64,000 bases of DNA, taken from the NCBI RefSeq assembly GCF_039543265.1, contig NZ_BAABJK010000004.1:1030003-1094002 (forward strand), written 5' to 3'. A program made the position numbers and the translations under genes. The first letter of the stretch is position 1. Each line of letters begins with the position of its first letter. The stretch is from Algibacter aquimarinus. GTDB lineage: Bacteria; Bacteroidota; Bacteroidia; Flavobacteriales; Flavobacteriaceae. Shown here piece after piece: positions 20,379-30,610 of the stretch. The notes under the pieces are model-generated. The model had not been told where the DNA came from, made no database searches, and saw only the letters and a program-made list of their open reading frames with translations.

Positions 20379-23204
20379 TTAACGTTTCAATGTAAAATGC
20401 GAAGTAAACGTTCTTGAACTTCCATCATTACCTAAATAATCTACTCTAAACCAATAATCACTACTAGGCATTATTTCACCATTATAAGTTCCATTCCAAC
20501 CCAACCCATTGGGGCTTATAGTTTTTAATAATTTACCAAACCTATCGAATATATATATTCGAGCAGCAGTTTGATTAATTAGGCATTCAATATTCCATAA
20601 GTCATTAAACCCATCTTCGTTAGGTGTGAAAAATTTTGGATAGTTTAAAACACGAAATATTTCTATGGCATCTATACTACAATTATTGATTTGACGAGCC
20701 CTAATAACATTCTCATCACAACCTCTAATATTTGAAAACGTATTTTGAGTTGTCCAAATATCATTATTCAATTGATATTCATACATACCGTCTCCACCGG
20801 TTGCAACAGCTACTACAATTTGATTATCACTAAATGGTTCTGAAATCAATTCAATAGAAAGTTCCAATTCGTTTACTGGCAAAACCTCTATTTCTATCTC
20901 AATTACAGAAGCACATTGATTTGGATTTGGAGTAAAAATATATTCTGTAGTTATTTGATTATTTATGGGCTCAGACCAACTACCCGTAATACCTTCATCA
21001 GAAGCAGAGGGCAATATAACTGTTGTATCTCCTTGACAAATAAAGTCTGGCAAACTAAATGATGGTATTGTAGGCTGAAGCACTTCAATTATTAACAAGC
21101 TACTTGCTACACAACCTTGTCCAGCATCTGGAGTAAAGGTATACTCAGTGGTGTTTTGATTGTCTAATGCTGGCAACCATGTACCGGTAATTCCATTATT
21201 TGAAACGAGAGGTAATTCTTGTAAAAACTCACCTGGACATATAGGATTGACGGAGTCAAATTCTGGAATAATATTAGGAATAACCGTAATTGTTAAATCT
21301 GTATTATTAGCACATTCGTCTGCATTTGGAGTAAAAGTATACGTGGTTGTAATTGTATTATTTAGAGCTGGTGCCCATGTTCCTGTAATTCCGTTATAGG
21401 ATGTTGTGGGTAATGGTGCTAATGTATCACCTTCACAAATAGGGTTAATTGCATCAAAAATTGGTAATACAGGTATTTCAACTACTATATCTAGTGTGGT
21501 TGCTATCGCACATTCTCCAATATTTGGTGTAAAAGTATAAGTGGTTGTAATCGTATTATTTGGAGCTGGAGACCAAGTTCCTGTAATTCCGTTATTGGAT
21601 GTTGTGGGCAATGGTGCTAATGTATCACCTTCACAAATAGGGTCAATGGTATCAAAAATTGGTAATACAGGTATTTCAATTACTATATCTAGCGTGGTTG
21701 CTATCGCGCATTCTCCAGTATTTGGCGTAAAAGTATACGTAGTTGTAATCGTATTATTTAGAGCTGGAGACCATGTTCCTGTAATTCCGTTATTGGATGT
21801 TGTGGGTAATGGTGCCAAAGTATCACCTTCACAAATAGGGTCAACGGAATCAAAACTGGGAACAATTGGAGCTATAACATCAATTTGTAGTGTGGCTGTA
21901 TCTACACAACCTTGTCCAGTATCTGGTGTAAATGTATATGTGGTTGTACTTGTATTATTTAAAGCTGGCGACCATGTTCCGGTAATTCCATTACTAGAAG
22001 TCGTGGGTAATGGTGCAAGTGTTTCTCCCTCACAAATGGGAGCCACAACATTAAATGTGGGTAATGTGAGAGGAATAACAACAATATCTAAAGTAGTAGA
22101 GTTTGCACAACCACTATTTGGTGTAAATGTATAGGTTGTAGTTTGTGTATTATTTAAAGCTGGCGACCAAGTTCCTGTTACCCCTTCAAGGGAGGTTGTT
22201 GGTAATGATGTTAATGAGCCACCTTCACAAATTGGAAGAAAAGCATTAAATGTAGGTGTCTGGTTTGGTAAAACCGTTAGTATAAAATCATCTACTGTTG
22301 TATCTCCGCAAACATCACTAATTGTTACTGTATACGTTGTAGTGCTATTTGGAGAAAATGTTGGATTAGCAATATTGGGGTTACTTACACCATTAGTTGG
22401 TGTCCATGAGTAGGTTACACCACTTGGAATAGTAGCATCAACTTGGATGTCATCATTTGCGCAAATGGTTTCGTCTTGAAGTTGTAAATTATCTACGAAA
22501 GAAATACTATTAAAACATACTTGATGCAAATTAGACAGTCCTCCTGTTGACCCTACAAATCCAAAAAAGACACTATCATCACCTGAAAAAATAGTATTCT
22601 TTACGTCTTGATTTAAACTCAGCCTCAGCACGCAATCAAAATATACATTAAACATGGTTGTTGAAGCAATCCATTCAATTTTTATTTCATGTGTATTACC
22701 ATCTTCAATATTATTAGACATATTACTAGCTTGTACTGGGCCAGCCAAATTATCAGCACTATTGTGATTTGGATTACCATTACGCATTATAGCAATATGG
22801 TCAAAAAAAGGATCTGCTAAAAGGCCTTCCTGAGCTGTATTATTTAAATAGGTATCAAACTCAACAACTAATGAAGGTGATATTCCTTGATAACCCAATC
22901 CTCCTCCAAGAGCTCCAATAAGCGGTGTAGAATTACGCTTAAATACTAAAGCCATACCGTCTGCACCATTTGCATTTTTACTACCAAAATTATTTTGATA
23001 ATTAATAGTAAAGTCATTATCAAAATCTATTGCATTATCATACCACACACCACCTTGTTGGTTAAGAAGGTCTCGAGTGATAATAAAACAATTATTTCCT
23101 TGCCCTTCTGCATCTCCTACTGTTGTAGCATTGAGTTGTGCATGTATTACAGAACATGAAAAATATAAGAATATTAAGACTATATAATCTTTTGCGCTCA
23201 ACAT
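20379..23204 (-). CDS. Large cell-surface protein: signal peptide, L-type (legume-like) lectin domain, at least 7 tandem ~66-aa Cys-containing repeats, and a T9SS type-B C-terminal sorting domain (gliding-motility-associated CTD)
   Basis: The N-terminal region (...GGVWYDNAIDFDNDFTINYQ...GADGMALVF...VVEFDTY...DHIAIMRNG) resembles bacterial L-type lectins. The repeats read PICEGDTLAPLPTTSNNGITGTWSPALNNTITTTYTFTPN.... The C-terminus FFTPNEDGFNDLWNIE...YWFRVDY matches the type-B CTD. Confidence 0.7.
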   Translation of the reverse strand: MLSAKDYIVLIFLYFSCSVIHAQLNATTVGDAEGQGNNCFIITRDLLNQQGGVWYDNAIDFDNDFTINYQNNFGSKNANGADGMALVFKRNSTPLIGALGGGLGYQGISPSLVVEFDTYLNNTAQEGLLADPFFDHIAIMRNGNPNHNSADNLAGPVQASNMSNNIEDGNTHEIKIEWIASTTMFNVYFDCVLRLSLNQDVKNTIFSGDDSVFFGFVGSTGGLSNLHQVCFNSISFVDNLQLQDETICANDDIQVDATIPSGVTYSWTPTNGVSNPNIANPTFSPNSTTTYTVTISDVCGDTTVDDFILTVLPNQTPTFNAFLPICEGGSLTSLPTTSLEGVTGTWSPALNNTQTTTYTFTPNSGCANSTTLDIVVIPLTLPTFNVVAPICEGETLAPLPTTSSNGITGTWSPALNNTSTTTYTFTPDTGQGCVDTATLQIDVIAPIVPSFDSVDPICEGDTLAPLPTTSNNGITGTWSPALNNTITTTYTFTPNTGECAIATTLDIVIEIPVLPIFDTIDPICEGDTLAPLPTTSNNGITGTWSPAPNNTITTTYTFTPNIGECAIATTLDIVVEIPVLPIFDAINPICEGDTLAPLPTTSYNGITGTWAPALNNTITTTYTFTPNADECANNTDLTITVIPNIIPEFDSVNPICPGEFLQELPLVSNNGITGTWLPALDNQNTTEYTFTPDAGQGCVASSLLIIEVLQPTIPSFSLPDFICQGDTTVILPSASDEGITGSWSEPINNQITTEYIFTPNPNQCASVIEIEIEVLPVNELELSIELISEPFSDNQIVVAVATGGDGMYEYQLNNDIWTTQNTFSNIRGCDENVIRARQINNCSIDAIEIFRVLNYPKFFTPNEDGFNDLWNIECLINQTAARIYIFDRFGKLLKTISPNGLGWNGTYNGEIMPSSDYWFRVDYLGNDGSSRTFTSHFTLKR
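20900..22260. repeat. Tandem array of about 7 units of ~198 bp (66 codons) inside the 941-aa surface-protein gene. The central three units (~21379-21975) are near-identical.
   Basis: GTTCCTGTAATTCCGTTA recurs at 21379, 21577 and 21775 (period 198), with related copies at ~20980, 21181, 21976 and 22171. This also creates the spurious repeated + strand ORFs at 21160-21399 and 21541-22134. Confidence 0.8.
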
Positions 23205-23296
23205 TTAAAGTTTAATGTATGAAGATATTAAACAATATACTTTTGCACAATAGAATTATGACGTTGTATGGTTTTTATATAGTTTATAAATGGAAA

Positions 23297-23503
23297 CTAA
23301 ACCTCAACATACTCTAAAATATCACTGGGTTGACAGTTTAAAGCTTTACAAATGGCTTCTAAAGTTGAGAAACGAATCGCCTTTGCTTTTCCCGACTTTA
23401 AAATGGAAAGATTTGCTGTGGTGATATTAATAATTTCAGCTAACTCCTTACTTTTCATATTTCGTTTAGCAAGCATCACATCAAGATTTACAATTATTGG
23501 CAT
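23297..23503 (-). CDS. XRE/Cro-type helix-turn-helix transcriptional regulator (small partner of DUF2975 proteins)
   Basis: 68 aa; LAKRNMKSKELAEIINITTANLSILKSGKAKAIRFSTLEAICKALNCQPSDIL is a canonical Cro/C1 HTH. Confidence 0.75.
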   Translation of the reverse strand: MPIIVNLDVMLAKRNMKSKELAEIINITTANLSILKSGKAKAIRFSTLEAICKALNCQPSDILEYVEV

Positions 23504-23506
23504 AAA

Positions 23507-24031
23507 TTAAATAGTTAAATCGTTTTCTTCTTGTGTTTTCTTTGCTCTACTGAATACTTCTGCGAGAATATAAAATGCTAATCCTGCTGGTATTAAAAAC
23601 ACGAATTCGTTTTTCAATTCGCTTAAAAAATGAAATGAAGACTTGTTAATACTCACCAACAAAAACCTAAACACCAATACACTAATGGTATAGGTTATAA
23701 AAATATTACCAATTCTTTTAAAGGAATTAATATTCTTATCTGTGAAATAATACTCTTTTTCAATTTCTTTTAGAATGGATAGAAAATACGAAATACCATA
23801 AATAAGGTAACCTCGCATAAAAAACAACCCTGCGCTAATTGCATAGTAACTCCATTCTATTGCGTTTTTTGAGGTAAACCAAGGAGTTTCCTTGTTTGCT
23901 GTTTTTGCCCAATTTTGAAATTCTTTAAACTGATTAAAATCAAACTCACGCATATCGTTTAGTAATACTGAAATTGAAGATAGCAGAATTGCCCAAGTAA
24001 CTATGGTTAATATGTTAGTATTGTCTTTCAT
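23507..24031 (-). CDS. DUF2975-family membrane protein (copy 1)
   Basis: Four or five TM helices. The conserved C-terminal ...AKKTQEENDLTI is shared with the adjacent paralogue. It lies 3 nt upstream of the HTH gene. Confidence 0.5.
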   Translation of the reverse strand: MKDNTNILTIVTWAILLSSISVLLNDMREFDFNQFKEFQNWAKTANKETPWFTSKNAIEWSYYAISAGLFFMRGYLIYGISYFLSILKEIEKEYYFTDKNINSFKRIGNIFITYTISVLVFRFLLVSINKSSFHFLSELKNEFVFLIPAGLAFYILAEVFSRAKKTQEENDLTI

Positions 24032-24033
24032 TG

Positions 24034-24564
24034 TTATATGGTTAAATCGTTTTCTTCTTTTGTTTTTCTGGCCTTTGCAAAAACCTCACTTAAAAACATA
24101 AAAAATAAACCTAATATTATGGATACTATTAAACCATTATCTATCCCAGGTTTTATTTCACTTAAAAGCAACAAACGCAATATGAATCTATATAAAGAAA
24201 ATGATATACCACACGCTAGAATTAGCTTACCTATTGTTTTGAAATTTGTAATCACCAATTCAGAAAAATAATTGCCTTCTGATAAGTCCTTTAAAGTAGA
24301 TTTCAGTAAATAAATGGCTCTTACAAACAAATAATAGATACAAACCAAAACTAATATTATTAGAGAAAATTCGAATAGCTCTAACCTATTAAAATCATAT
24401 CCTTCAACTAGGTTAAAGGATTTAACCATTCCATTTGTAAATAGGATAGGCAAGATGATGAAAATTATAAAGCCTGTAAGTAAGAAGTAATAATAAAATT
24501 TAATAAGCTTTTTTAAAGTTTTTAGTGTTTTCATAATAAATAAATTATTGTTTAACAATAACAA
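24034..24564 (-). CDS. DUF2975-family membrane protein (copy 2, tandem paralogue)
   Basis: Same topology; the C-terminus ...ARKTKEENDLTI is nearly identical to copy 1. Confidence 0.5.
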   Translation of the reverse strand: MLLLNNNLFIMKTLKTLKKLIKFYYYFLLTGFIIFIILPILFTNGMVKSFNLVEGYDFNRLELFEFSLIILVLVCIYYLFVRAIYLLKSTLKDLSEGNYFSELVITNFKTIGKLILACGISFSLYRFILRLLLLSEIKPGIDNGLIVSIILGLFFMFLSEVFAKARKTKEENDLTI

Positions 24565-24677
24565 ATATATGAAAATTATTGATAAACAATAATTTTTATC
24601 AGAAAAAAGATATAGGTTTGACTAAAGGAAGAATTAAATCCTTTAAGCTGTTGAATAAATTTAAAATGAACTAAAAA

Positions 24678-26462
24678 TTATTTGGCCTGCAACCAATCCT
24701 CTCTTTGTGCCTTTTGTTTGTCGCTTAAATTTAAACTGTTAGTTTCAAAAAGGGCTAATGTATAATTTTTACTCGCTAAGAGTTTTACAATAGTTTCTTT
24801 TACCTCTCCAAAGCGTTTATAGACAACTTTAATTTCATCGTTGGGTTTAAATGTATTTATGAGATAATTAAAATCGGTAGATTCATTAATTGTAACGTCG
24901 TTAAACTTAATAATTTTATCGCCGTTTTCTAATCCTGCATTGTATGCAGAGCCTCCCATAGTTGTATTTTGAGTTATTAAACCGTTTTTAACCGATGCCC
25001 CAAAATCAACCATGTTTTTTTCTTGAGTTAACGAAACACCTACGTTATTTAATAAGCGTTCCATTGCAGGCATATCACTTTTGTAAATATAATTTGTAAA
25101 AAAAGTATTTCCGAAATCTACACCTGCATAATCATTTAAAATGTTATTTAAATTTTCAATTGTATACGGTTTTTCCTGTTCCCCATAGGTTATCCAAACT
25201 AATTTCATGTAATCATCAAGGTTTAATCCTTTTTCACGAAGCGATAAATCTAAAGCCAAACCAAGCATATTTCCATAAGAATAGTAAGATATAAAGGTGT
25301 TGCTCCTATTTACAGGATCTACCGAACGTGCTGCATCAACAAAAGGTGCCTGATAACTCATTTCAATAGGGTTAAAGAACTGTCGCCCCGGAGAGTTCCA
25401 AACATAATTAAAACTTCCCGTTATACCTTCTATATATTGTTCCCTGCTTATTATACCTGCTCTACATAAAATTAAAGAGGTGAAGTAACTTGTAAAACCT
25501 TCGGCAAACCATAGCTCACCACTCATATTAGCCTCATCAAACTTAAAAGGCTCTAAACTTTTTGGACGAATCCGTTCCACATTCCATGCATGAAAAAACT
25601 CATGAGACACGGTCCCAATATTACGTTCCATACCACCTTCAGCTAAACTTCTGGTAGATGTTAAAATAGTTGAATTTCTGTGCTCCATACCATCGCCGGA
25701 AGCATTAGGTATATAGCATGCTAAAAAGGTATAATTATCATAATCAAACTTTGGGAGCTCGCCAAAAACAGCTTTTTCTTGTAATACAATTTTCTTTACT
25801 TTTTCAAAATAAGTATCTAATTCAGCTTCGGTCCCGTTGTGATGTAATACAAAATTTATGGTTTGACCATCCACATTAAAAGCCCGATTACTGAAATTAC
25901 TAATTTCCGTTGGGCTATCCATAAAATATTGTAAATCATATGCGTAATAAGTATTTCCAGAAACTGGTTTTAACTGTGTAGCTACTTTCCAATTTAAATC
26001 TTCACGAACGTTAAATGTGACTTCAATACCATCCTTTGCTTTACTTGGCATATAAATAAAGGTTGCAGGAATGTTAAGGTGTGCATGCGTTTCATCAATT
26101 TGGGCATATGTTCCTCCTCCTCTATTAGCAAATAAAATATAACTAACTTTTATAGTGCCATCATGCCCTTTTACGCTCCATGAATATGGGTCTGGTCTGT
26201 TGGTTTTAAGCGCATTGCCTTTGCTATCGGTTACATTAACAGCATATACATTTTTCATAAACTCATGTAGAGCATAACGCCCTGGTGATGTTCTACTCAT
26301 TCTAAATTCAACCTCATCTGTTCTTAAATTTGTAAAAACTGCTTCAATATTGGCTTCATGATGTACAGCGTTTTCAAAAGAAATAGTGTATTTTGATGAT
26401 ACTTGTGAAAAAACTGAAAAATAAGATGCAAAAAAGAAGACGTAAAAAAGAAATTTATTCAT
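24678..26462 (-). CDS. M61-family glycyl aminopeptidase with a C-terminal PDZ domain (secreted)
   Basis: HEFFHAWNVERIRP (HExxH+E) followed by a PDZ-like GLENGDKIIKFNDV; signal peptide; 594 aa. Confidence 0.65.
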   Translation of the reverse strand: MNKFLFYVFFFASYFSVFSQVSSKYTISFENAVHHEANIEAVFTNLRTDEVEFRMSRTSPGRYALHEFMKNVYAVNVTDSKGNALKTNRPDPYSWSVKGHDGTIKVSYILFANRGGGTYAQIDETHAHLNIPATFIYMPSKAKDGIEVTFNVREDLNWKVATQLKPVSGNTYYAYDLQYFMDSPTEISNFSNRAFNVDGQTINFVLHHNGTEAELDTYFEKVKKIVLQEKAVFGELPKFDYDNYTFLACYIPNASGDGMEHRNSTILTSTRSLAEGGMERNIGTVSHEFFHAWNVERIRPKSLEPFKFDEANMSGELWFAEGFTSYFTSLILCRAGIISREQYIEGITGSFNYVWNSPGRQFFNPIEMSYQAPFVDAARSVDPVNRSNTFISYYSYGNMLGLALDLSLREKGLNLDDYMKLVWITYGEQEKPYTIENLNNILNDYAGVDFGNTFFTNYIYKSDMPAMERLLNNVGVSLTQEKNMVDFGASVKNGLITQNTTMGGSAYNAGLENGDKIIKFNDVTINESTDFNYLINTFKPNDEIKVVYKRFGEVKETIVKLLASKNYTLALFETNSLNLSDKQKAQREDWLQAK

Positions 26463-26533
26463 GAGCTTAACTTTAAATATCTAAGATAGTATTTTTGTAA
26501 TATGAATGGTTTACCAAAAGACATTAATTTTAC

Positions 26534-26947
26534 ATGAGCGATACTTTTAAAACTATTGCTAGATTTCAATATTCAACCGAAGCACAAATTATAAAAGGGC
26601 GGTTGGAGGCCGATGGTATTAAAGTTTTTTTGTTTGACAACCTCACTATAGACACAGACCCGCTTGTAAGTAACGCTATTGGAGGTGTTAAACTTAAAGT
26701 ATTATCTACTGATGCTTTAAAAGCACAACATATCCTAAATTCTATTGAAAAATTCTCTTTAGATGATGATGGAAACCCAATAAATTGTCCTAATTGTAAT
26801 AGTAAAGACGTTATTTTATTTTCTACTATTAAAGATTTTAAATCATTTATAGCTTTCATTTTTGGGTTTATTTCTGGAACACTTCCTTTCTATTCCAAAA
26901 ACAAGTATAGGTGTGATAAATGTAATACCAAATTTGATTTAAAATAA
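26534..26947 (+). CDS. DUF2007-like (putative signal-transducing) domain protein with a C-terminal CxxC…CxxC zinc ribbon
   Basis: IIKGRLEADGIKVFLFD matches DUF2007; CPNCNS...CDKCNT forms the zinc ribbon. Confidence 0.4.
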   Translation: MSDTFKTIARFQYSTEAQIIKGRLEADGIKVFLFDNLTIDTDPLVSNAIGGVKLKVLSTDALKAQHILNSIEKFSLDDDGNPINCPNCNSKDVILFSTIKDFKSFIAFIFGFISGTLPFYSKNKYRCDKCNTKFDLK

Positions 26948-28447
26948 ATCATTATTAGAAGATACAATCTGGAAGGCTCCTTTTAACTTTTTAATTACAG
27001 CCTCAATTTCTTGCTCATTTAAATGCCCAAATCCAAAACGAATAGCACATGTTTCTTTATCTTGATAGAGAATAGTTTTTGGAAGAAATAAACCATTCTT
27101 TTCAGCTTCTTCTGCTAGTTTAACCAACGAGATATTAAACTTAAACTGTAACCATATTGCTAGTCCTCCTGATGGTATTTCGAATGATAAAATACCATCA
27201 AAATACGTTTTTAAATACATACATAAACAATCTCGTCTTTGTTTGTAAACCACAATATTCTTTTTCATGAAGCGGTAAATTTCCCCTTCATAAATTAACT
27301 CAGAAAGTATTTGTTCTTGTAATATATCACCTTGTTTATCTAATAATTGTAAATAATTTTTTGCTTCAGATATTAAACTTTCTGGCGCTACTACAAAACC
27401 TGTTTGAAAACTTGGAAATAACGATTGACCCAGTTTTCCTAAATAAATAACCATACCATTTGCATCTGCACTAGCCATTGGTAGCATAGTGGAGCCTTCA
27501 AACTGAAAATCGTAATCGTAATCATCTTCAATTATTGCAAACTGATATGCTTTTGCCAGTTCTAATAACTTTAAACGTCTTTCTGCACTTAGTGTTGTTG
27601 TTGTTGGGTAATCTCTGTGGCTACAAATGTAAACACAACGTATACTGCCTTTTACAAAATGCGTTTTTATATAATCAATATCTAAACCTTTTTTGTCTAC
27701 AGGAATGGTTTTAATATTAGCTCCAGCTTGCTGAAAAATCATGTTTGACGCATAATTACTTAAACGCCCAACTAAAACAACATCGTTTTGTTTTATTAAA
27801 AGCTGCGAAACAATATATAAACTCATTTCTGTACTTCTAGTACTAATTAAGTTACTTGGTTTTATATGGAACCCTCTTGTGGCATTTAAATAATTACAAA
27901 GTTGAGTTTCGAATGCCGAATGAGATGATTGTGATGTTCTATCCCATTTAGGAATTAAAGTTTTTCGCTTCATTGCTGCACTATACCATCTAGAAAATTG
28001 ATACACAGGATGCAATCTTAAATCTGGACTACCATCATTAATACTATACTTTGCCTTAGTAACTTGTAAGGTTGAGGCTAAATTAAAAGATGATTGAAAA
28101 GGGAAACCTGTTATTTTCGAATATTCATAAACCTGGTCTATTTGTTGTGCACTTGCCTTAATAGCAGCTGTAGTCTGTTCTGGCATTAAAACAAATGTAC
28201 CTTTATTGGGTATTATTTCCACCCAACCTTGAGATGCTAACTCATCATAAACTGCAACAACTGTATTTCTATGAATTTTTAACATTCCGCTTAAAACACG
28301 GGTTCCCGGTAATACAGTTCCTTTAGATAAATAACCGCGTTGAATTGCGTTTATAACTTGCTGAGCTATTTGAATATATACAGGTTGCGAGTTACATTTG
28401 TCAAAATGTATTAACTGTTTTAAAAGATCATTAACCGGACTATTCAT
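26939..28447 (-). CDS. MocR/GabR-type regulator: GntR-family HTH fused to a PLP-dependent aminotransferase (fold type I) domain
   Basis: The N-terminal wHTH (TVLPGTRVLSGMLKIHRNTVVAVYDELASQGWVE) is followed by a ~400-aa aminotransferase-like domain. Confidence 0.7.
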   Translation of the reverse strand: MNSPVNDLLKQLIHFDKCNSQPVYIQIAQQVINAIQRGYLSKGTVLPGTRVLSGMLKIHRNTVVAVYDELASQGWVEIIPNKGTFVLMPEQTTAAIKASAQQIDQVYEYSKITGFPFQSSFNLASTLQVTKAKYSINDGSPDLRLHPVYQFSRWYSAAMKRKTLIPKWDRTSQSSHSAFETQLCNYLNATRGFHIKPSNLISTRSTEMSLYIVSQLLIKQNDVVLVGRLSNYASNMIFQQAGANIKTIPVDKKGLDIDYIKTHFVKGSIRCVYICSHRDYPTTTTLSAERRLKLLELAKAYQFAIIEDDYDYDFQFEGSTMLPMASADANGMVIYLGKLGQSLFPSFQTGFVVAPESLISEAKNYLQLLDKQGDILQEQILSELIYEGEIYRFMKKNIVVYKQRRDCLCMYLKTYFDGILSFEIPSGGLAIWLQFKFNISLVKLAEEAEKNGLFLPKTILYQDKETCAIRFGFGHLNEQEIEAVIKKLKGAFQIVSSNNDLF

Positions 28448-28519
28448 TGTTTTAAAACTGGACTACTTTACTCGTCCGGAAAGTTACGACTTTTGCAGCA
28501 TTATTAAACTAACTGTTTT

Positions 28520-30328
28520 ATGAAGACTAAATTCGCTTTTACCTTATTTATTTTATCTGCTTTATTTACTCAAGCACAGAAAGGAAAACAAACATTAGAT
28601 TCTGTAATTGTTACGTCAACAAGAATAGATCTTCCTTTTAAGGAAAACTCTCGTACTATCGATATTATTTCTTCTGAAGATATTAAAAATAGCGCTACCA
28701 ATAATATTGCAGACTTATTACAACAAGTAGCAGGTGTAGATATTAGAAGACGAGGAACGGCCGGTAGTCAAGCCGATTTATATATAAGGGGCGGTAGTTT
28801 TGATCAAACACTTCTACTTATTGATGGTATAAAAATGGACGATGCGCAAACCGGACACCATACCATGAATGCAGCTTTACCCATTGAAGTTATTGAGCGT
28901 ATTGAAATTATAAAAGGTCCTGCAGCTCGTGTTTTTGGGCAAAATGCATTTACTGGCGCCATAAATATTGTTACTAAAAAGAACTTAAATAATTCTGTTT
29001 CTCTCAATATGGAAACGGGTTCTTTCGGTCAATTAAATGGCTCTGTTACTGTTGGTACTGAATTAGAGAATTCATCACATATTATTCACATTGGAAAATT
29101 AACTTCGGAAGGTTACAGGAATAATTCAGATTATGATAATTCTAATTATTTCATTAAAAGTGTTTTCAATAAAAAAGAGCAACCTATAGAAATGATTGCT
29201 ACTTTTTTCGATCGTAATTTTGGTGCTGAAAACTTCTATACAACCAACCCTACTTTTAATGAATATGAAGAAACACAAAATAGTTTAATTGCGTTTACAA
29301 CTACATTTAACAATAATAAGTTAAAAATAAAACCAAGAGTATACTGGAAGCGTAACCAAGATATGTTTTTATTAAGACGAGACGAGCCTAGTTTTTTTAG
29401 AAATTTTCACGTTACAGACAAAATGGGTGCCGAGGTTAATGCCTCATACACTTCAAAAGCAGGTGTAACAGGTTTTGGAGTTGATGTTTCTAAAATATAT
29501 ATAAGAAGTAATAATTTAGGAAATAGAAACCGTTTTATGGCTAATATGTTTTTAGAACATAGATTTAAATTATTAAATGATAAATTAGATGTTACCCCTG
29601 GAATTGCAGTAACATATTTCTCAGATTTTAAATTTCACGCATTTCCAGGAATTGATGTTGGGTATAAGTTAACTAACAACTTTAAACTTTACGGAAATGC
29701 AGGATACACCTATCGTATTCCAACATATACCGATTTATTTTACAGCGACCCAGCAACAATTGGAAACGCTAATTTAGAACCTGAAGAAGCACTATCTGGA
29801 GAACTAGGAGCAAAATATATAACACCTAAATTTACTGGTGGTTTTGCATTTTTCTACAGAGATGCGAGCAAATTAATTGACTATGTAAAAGAGGTTGATA
29901 CCGACCCTTTTATGGCAACAAACTTAAGAGATTTATATACAAAAGGCTTTGAGGTTAATACAAGCTATAACTTTAAAATCAATAATTTAAATCAAAACCT
30001 TAGCGTTGGTTATGTGTTTCTAGAAGATGAGGTAGCCGATTTAAATTTAAACTTTTCTAGGTACAGCATAAACTCATTAAAACATCATTTTACTTCGCGT
30101 TTGAGCACACAATTGGTAAAAAATATAAACTTTAATGTAATTTACAAACATGCAGAACGTACCGAAGGGTTAAGCTATAATGTTTGGGATACATCGATAG
30201 TTTTAACCTCAAAACTGTTTGAATTTACAGCAATGGCTAGTAATATTTTTGATGCAGAATATATTGAAACTGGTTTTGTACCTATGCCTCCAAGCAATGT
30301 TTTGTTTGGTTTGAGGTATAATTTTTAA
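28520..30328 (+). CDS. TonB-dependent outer-membrane receptor (siderophore or cobalamin size class)
   Basis: Plug motifs (DSVIVTSTR, IDGIKMDD, EVIERIEIIKGP), a C-terminal barrel and a terminal F; 602 aa. It is divergent from the MocR-like gene. Confidence 0.75.
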   Translation: MKTKFAFTLFILSALFTQAQKGKQTLDSVIVTSTRIDLPFKENSRTIDIISSEDIKNSATNNIADLLQQVAGVDIRRRGTAGSQADLYIRGGSFDQTLLLIDGIKMDDAQTGHHTMNAALPIEVIERIEIIKGPAARVFGQNAFTGAINIVTKKNLNNSVSLNMETGSFGQLNGSVTVGTELENSSHIIHIGKLTSEGYRNNSDYDNSNYFIKSVFNKKEQPIEMIATFFDRNFGAENFYTTNPTFNEYEETQNSLIAFTTTFNNNKLKIKPRVYWKRNQDMFLLRRDEPSFFRNFHVTDKMGAEVNASYTSKAGVTGFGVDVSKIYIRSNNLGNRNRFMANMFLEHRFKLLNDKLDVTPGIAVTYFSDFKFHAFPGIDVGYKLTNNFKLYGNAGYTYRIPTYTDLFYSDPATIGNANLEPEEALSGELGAKYITPKFTGGFAFFYRDASKLIDYVKEVDTDPFMATNLRDLYTKGFEVNTSYNFKINNLNQNLSVGYVFLEDEVADLNLNFSRYSINSLKHHFTSRLSTQLVKNINFNVIYKHAERTEGLSYNVWDTSIVLTSKLFEFTAMASNIFDAEYIETGFVPMPPSNVLFGLRYNF

Positions 30329-30610
30329 ATTTTTTGTAACAAAATACATTATTAACCTACTTATTTATTGAAAGTAGGTTATAGTTTTGAAACTTCAGTA
30401 GTAAACAAACGACCACACTTCTTGACTAACCATCAAATCTTTATTGATATTCCTTTATTTTAGGAATAATCATGTCTACTAAAATGTCAAAAACACAATT
30501 TATGCCTTTGTTTTTGATGGTTAACAATTAGTCTTTTACTTTCAAAAATAAGATAGATTAATCTTACATTAGTTGTATATTTATTAATTGAAAATTAAAC
30601 GTTTAAACTT

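Noticed and set aside
21160-22134. Two + strand ORFs (79 and 197 aa) with internally repeated peptides (…VYVVVIVLFRAG.HVPVIPL…)
   Set aside because: They lie antisense within the tandem-repeat region of the 941-aa surface-protein gene. The repeated open frame is a by-product of the 198-bp periodicity, not an independent gene.
24038-24271. A 77-aa + strand ORF inside the DUF2975 copy-2 gene. Similar embedded ORFs sit at 26566-26859, 28804-29007, 31000-31242, 31835-32023, 32479-32667, 35735-36144, 45239-45953, 48744-49496, 50021-50295, 54613-54801, 55156-55728, 56031-56231, 59362-59583 and 60415-60609.
   Set aside because: All overlap well-supported genes on the opposite strand. They are AT-rich antisense frames with no supporting features.
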